Origin: Eledone cirrhosa
Lineage: Eukaryota
Reading direction: 5' to 3'
NCBI GenBank assembly: GCA_964016885.1
Contig: OZ024747.1
Coordinates: 14,508,001 to 14,572,000 of the forward strand
Length of the DNA: 64,000 nt
The notes under the pieces are model-generated. The model was given only the letters and a program-made list of their open reading frames with translations. It was not told where the DNA came from and did no database searches. A program made the translations under genes and the position numbers. Every line of letters starts with the position of its first letter. Position 1 is the first letter of the stretch. Positions 58,580 to 64,000 of the stretch are shown piece after piece.

Positions 58580-58661
58580 AATTGTTTCTACTATTGGCAC
58601 AAGGCCAGCAATTACCCCAGTGCATTACTGGTACTTTATTTTATCGACCCCGTAAGGATGA
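58580..58661 (-). mobile_element. 3' half of Nin/Deu SINE fused to a Dong fragment
   Basis: The SINE consensus stops at ...AAGGATGAA and continues directly into LINE coding sequence. Confidence 0.85.
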
Positions 58662-59206
58662 ACCAGGAATCATTCGCAAATATTGTTCTGTTCCTTTCTT
58701 GATCATTCCCAGTCCTCGCACAATCACTGGTATTGTAACGGCCTTGAGGTGCCACATTTTCTCAATTTCAATAAGCAGATTTTTATATTTTCGTAGCTTG
58801 TCAAATTCTTTTGCCGCGATATTATGATCACATGGGATGCTCATATCTATCAATAAACAGACCTTGTTATGTTGATCTTTTACAATGATGTCAGGTCTAT
58901 TTGTTTTCATGGTCCTGTCAGTATGTACAGGAAAGTCCCAGAGAATTGTTACTTTTTCTCCTTCAGTTACAGCCTCAGGGTGATGATTGTACCACTTGTC
59001 TTCAGCTTTGATTTTGTAATGCCGACATATTGCCCAGTGTAGATATTGGCCAACTCTGCTCTGTCATGTCTATATTTGTATTCTACTGGTGCTAAAACTT
59101 TACATCCAGAGACTAAGTGATCCACTGTTTCAACCCCAACATTGCAGAATCGGCACTTTGGGTTTTTTCCGTTTCTCATCACATTGGCCTGGTAATTACG
59201 AGTCAA
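58662..59206 (-). pseudogene. R4/Dong-type LINE fragment (CCHC + RLE), frameshifted
   Basis: CRFC...ETVDHLVSGC, RHD, NRPDIIVKD, LIDMSIP, KLRKYKNL, VTIPVIV. Confidence 0.88.
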
Positions 59207-59211
59207 TAAGC

Positions 59212-59255
<44 letters not shown>

Positions 59256-59257
<2 letters not shown>

Positions 59258-59877
59258 AGTTGCATTTATCTTGCTTTATGTTCATACGAGTTATCACCAA
59301 GTCACAACCAGTGACCTCAAGAGACAACAAGGTCCGCCATGTTCAAGAAAGAACATACATATTCACACATGCATCTTTAGTGTTTAGACTTGTGATGTAC
59401 TTATATTGACAGAATCTTCCTTAGTATATGGGCAGTTTCCATTAGTACTATCTTTTGTATTTCTCCTATACGCGGGTTTCCTGGGATTTGCGATATGTAA
59501 TCATTAGACCCCTTAGGTATCATTCCCAGAGCGCCTACAACCACTGGTATTGTTTTAGCTCTCAATTTCCACATTTTTCCAATTTCTATCTCCAGGTCCT
59601 TATACTTGCTCAATTTTTCAAATGTTTTTATAGATACATTCTTGTCTATTGGAACAGACATATCAATTAGCAGGCATACCCTCTTTTGAAAGTCTTTCAA
59701 TATTATATCAGGTCTGTTTGCATCTATTTTTCGGTCTGTTTGGATGCTAAAGTTCCACAAGATTGAGATGTGATCTTTTTCAAGTATAGGAGGTGGTTGA
59801 TGCTCCCACCAATTCTTTTGATGGGGCAGGTCAAAATGCTTACACATTATCCAATGTATGTATTGTGCAGCTCTGTC
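59256..59877 (-). mobile_element. R4/Dong-type LINE 3' fragment with 3' UTR and (TAA)n tail
   Basis: ORF to stop at 59401: NRPDIILKD, LIDMSVP, KLSKYKDL, PVVVGALG, ETAHILRKILS. (TAA)n at 59212-59255. Confidence 0.9.
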
Positions 59878-59990
59878 TATTATTATTATTATTATTATTA
59901 TTATGTTATTGTTATTCCTTGAATCTCAGTCATTGATGTTGGTTAACTGGAAAGTCCGTTGGATTGAATATCAAGCCACTACCTGCAGCC

Positions 59991-62787
<2,797 letters not shown>

Positions 62788-63723
62788 CTTCTATATACAT
62801 TGCAAGTAAATTAGTTTCGAATTTGTTGCTATAGTAGTAGTTAACCTGTTGAGTCTAGGAACCCCATCCCCAACCATTCCTCCTTCGTAGTAATTATGCT
62901 TTTATTCTGTTTGTTGTCCTGTGGTGTTTGAATATTATAAATCTTTTATATAGATTCGATGTAGTCTTCTGAATTGCTAGTCATCGTAGGACAGATTCAT
63001 CGATTTTATAAGCAACTTTTATTTCGTAGCATCGGTAAACTTTATGGATGGACTCATCTGTTATTTGCGCTGTGATCATCGATTATCTTTCCTTTGTACG
63101 ATCTTCCATTATATAATTGTGATGTCAAAGTTCAGCTCCGAGTAACATTATTTTATAAGAATTGTTCTATTGTTCTAAAGTGTTTCATTAGAAGCACATA
63201 CTTAAAACAAGCTTTTCTAAGTGTATTTTATAACTATGGGATTATGAAATAACAATAAGGTTCTATTAGCTACTAAGATAATAAGATTTGTTCATGGCGG
63301 GCAAATGTTCATTATTTTTATTGTCTATTTAGATAATGATATGGATGTATGCAGGCGAGCATGCATACATGTATGTTGCACATCTGTCTATGTGTGTGTG
63401 TGTGTGTTGTGTGTGTGTGTATGTGAATGTGTGTCTGTGTGTGTGTGCGCGCGTGTGTGTATGTATATATATATATACGGAGAGAAAGAAGAACGTGGTG
63501 TGCGTACATATTTCCAATACAGAGAGCGATAGCACACACTTATATACATATGTATGTATGTGTATATGTGTTTATATATATATATATATGTATAAATATA
63601 TACATGTGTGTGTGTGTATGTGTAAATGTGTGTGTGAGCATGTTTATGAGATGGAAGAGTTTGTAATTTTGCAGTTGATCTAAATCATCGCATTGAAATA
63701 GAACGCCTATAATCACACAAACA

Positions 63724-63791
<68 letters not shown>

Positions 63792-63809
63792 CATACCTAC
63801 ACATATATT

Positions 63810-63985
63810 ATAATTGTTTCTACTTTTGGCACAAGGCCAGCAATTATCCCAGTGCATTACTATTACTTTATTTTATCGACCCAGTAAGGATGAAAGGCAA
63901 AGTTAACCTCGGCGGAATTTGAACTCAGATCATAAAGGGCCGTAACTCTATGCTGCAAAGCATGGCGTCCAACCCTCCACCGATA
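63810..63985 (-). mobile_element. Nin/Deu SINE
   Basis: Consensus match. Confidence 0.88.
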
Positions 63986-64000
63986 TTATAATGAAAACAC

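Overview
AT-rich eukaryotic non-genic DNA saturated with (TA)n, (CA)n, (GA)n and trinucleotide microsatellites. The repeat landscape resembles a coleoid cephalopod such as Octopus; this is an inference, not a database result. Almost all predicted ORFs are microsatellite artefacts, and no host gene can be called with confidence. The real coding sequence is retrotransposon-derived: one long uninterrupted 5'-truncated R4/Dong-type RT-RLE ORF (59991-62144, minus), two further Dong 3' fragments stacked in (TAA)n, and decayed CRE, RTE, L1/Tx1 and Penelope GIY-YIG pieces. Also present are more than 20 copies of a tRNA-derived Nin/Deu-domain SINE, a second SINE family, a non-autonomous Helitron, two Tc1/mariner-type MITEs and two 37-bp minisatellites. 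The most striking signal is a dense set of minimal type I hammerhead ribozymes: 8 with an intact core, several decayed, and six fold-back half-ribozymes. They lie in short non-coding Penelope/retrozyme-like elements from several unrelated families embedded in (TA)n tracts. Four of these families share one layout: hammerhead, TGAGTRC motif, then a 3' end in (TA)n, often with a fold-back inverted arm. One element is about 1.5 copies of a ~431-bp monomer, as expected of a circular-RNA-derived retrozyme.
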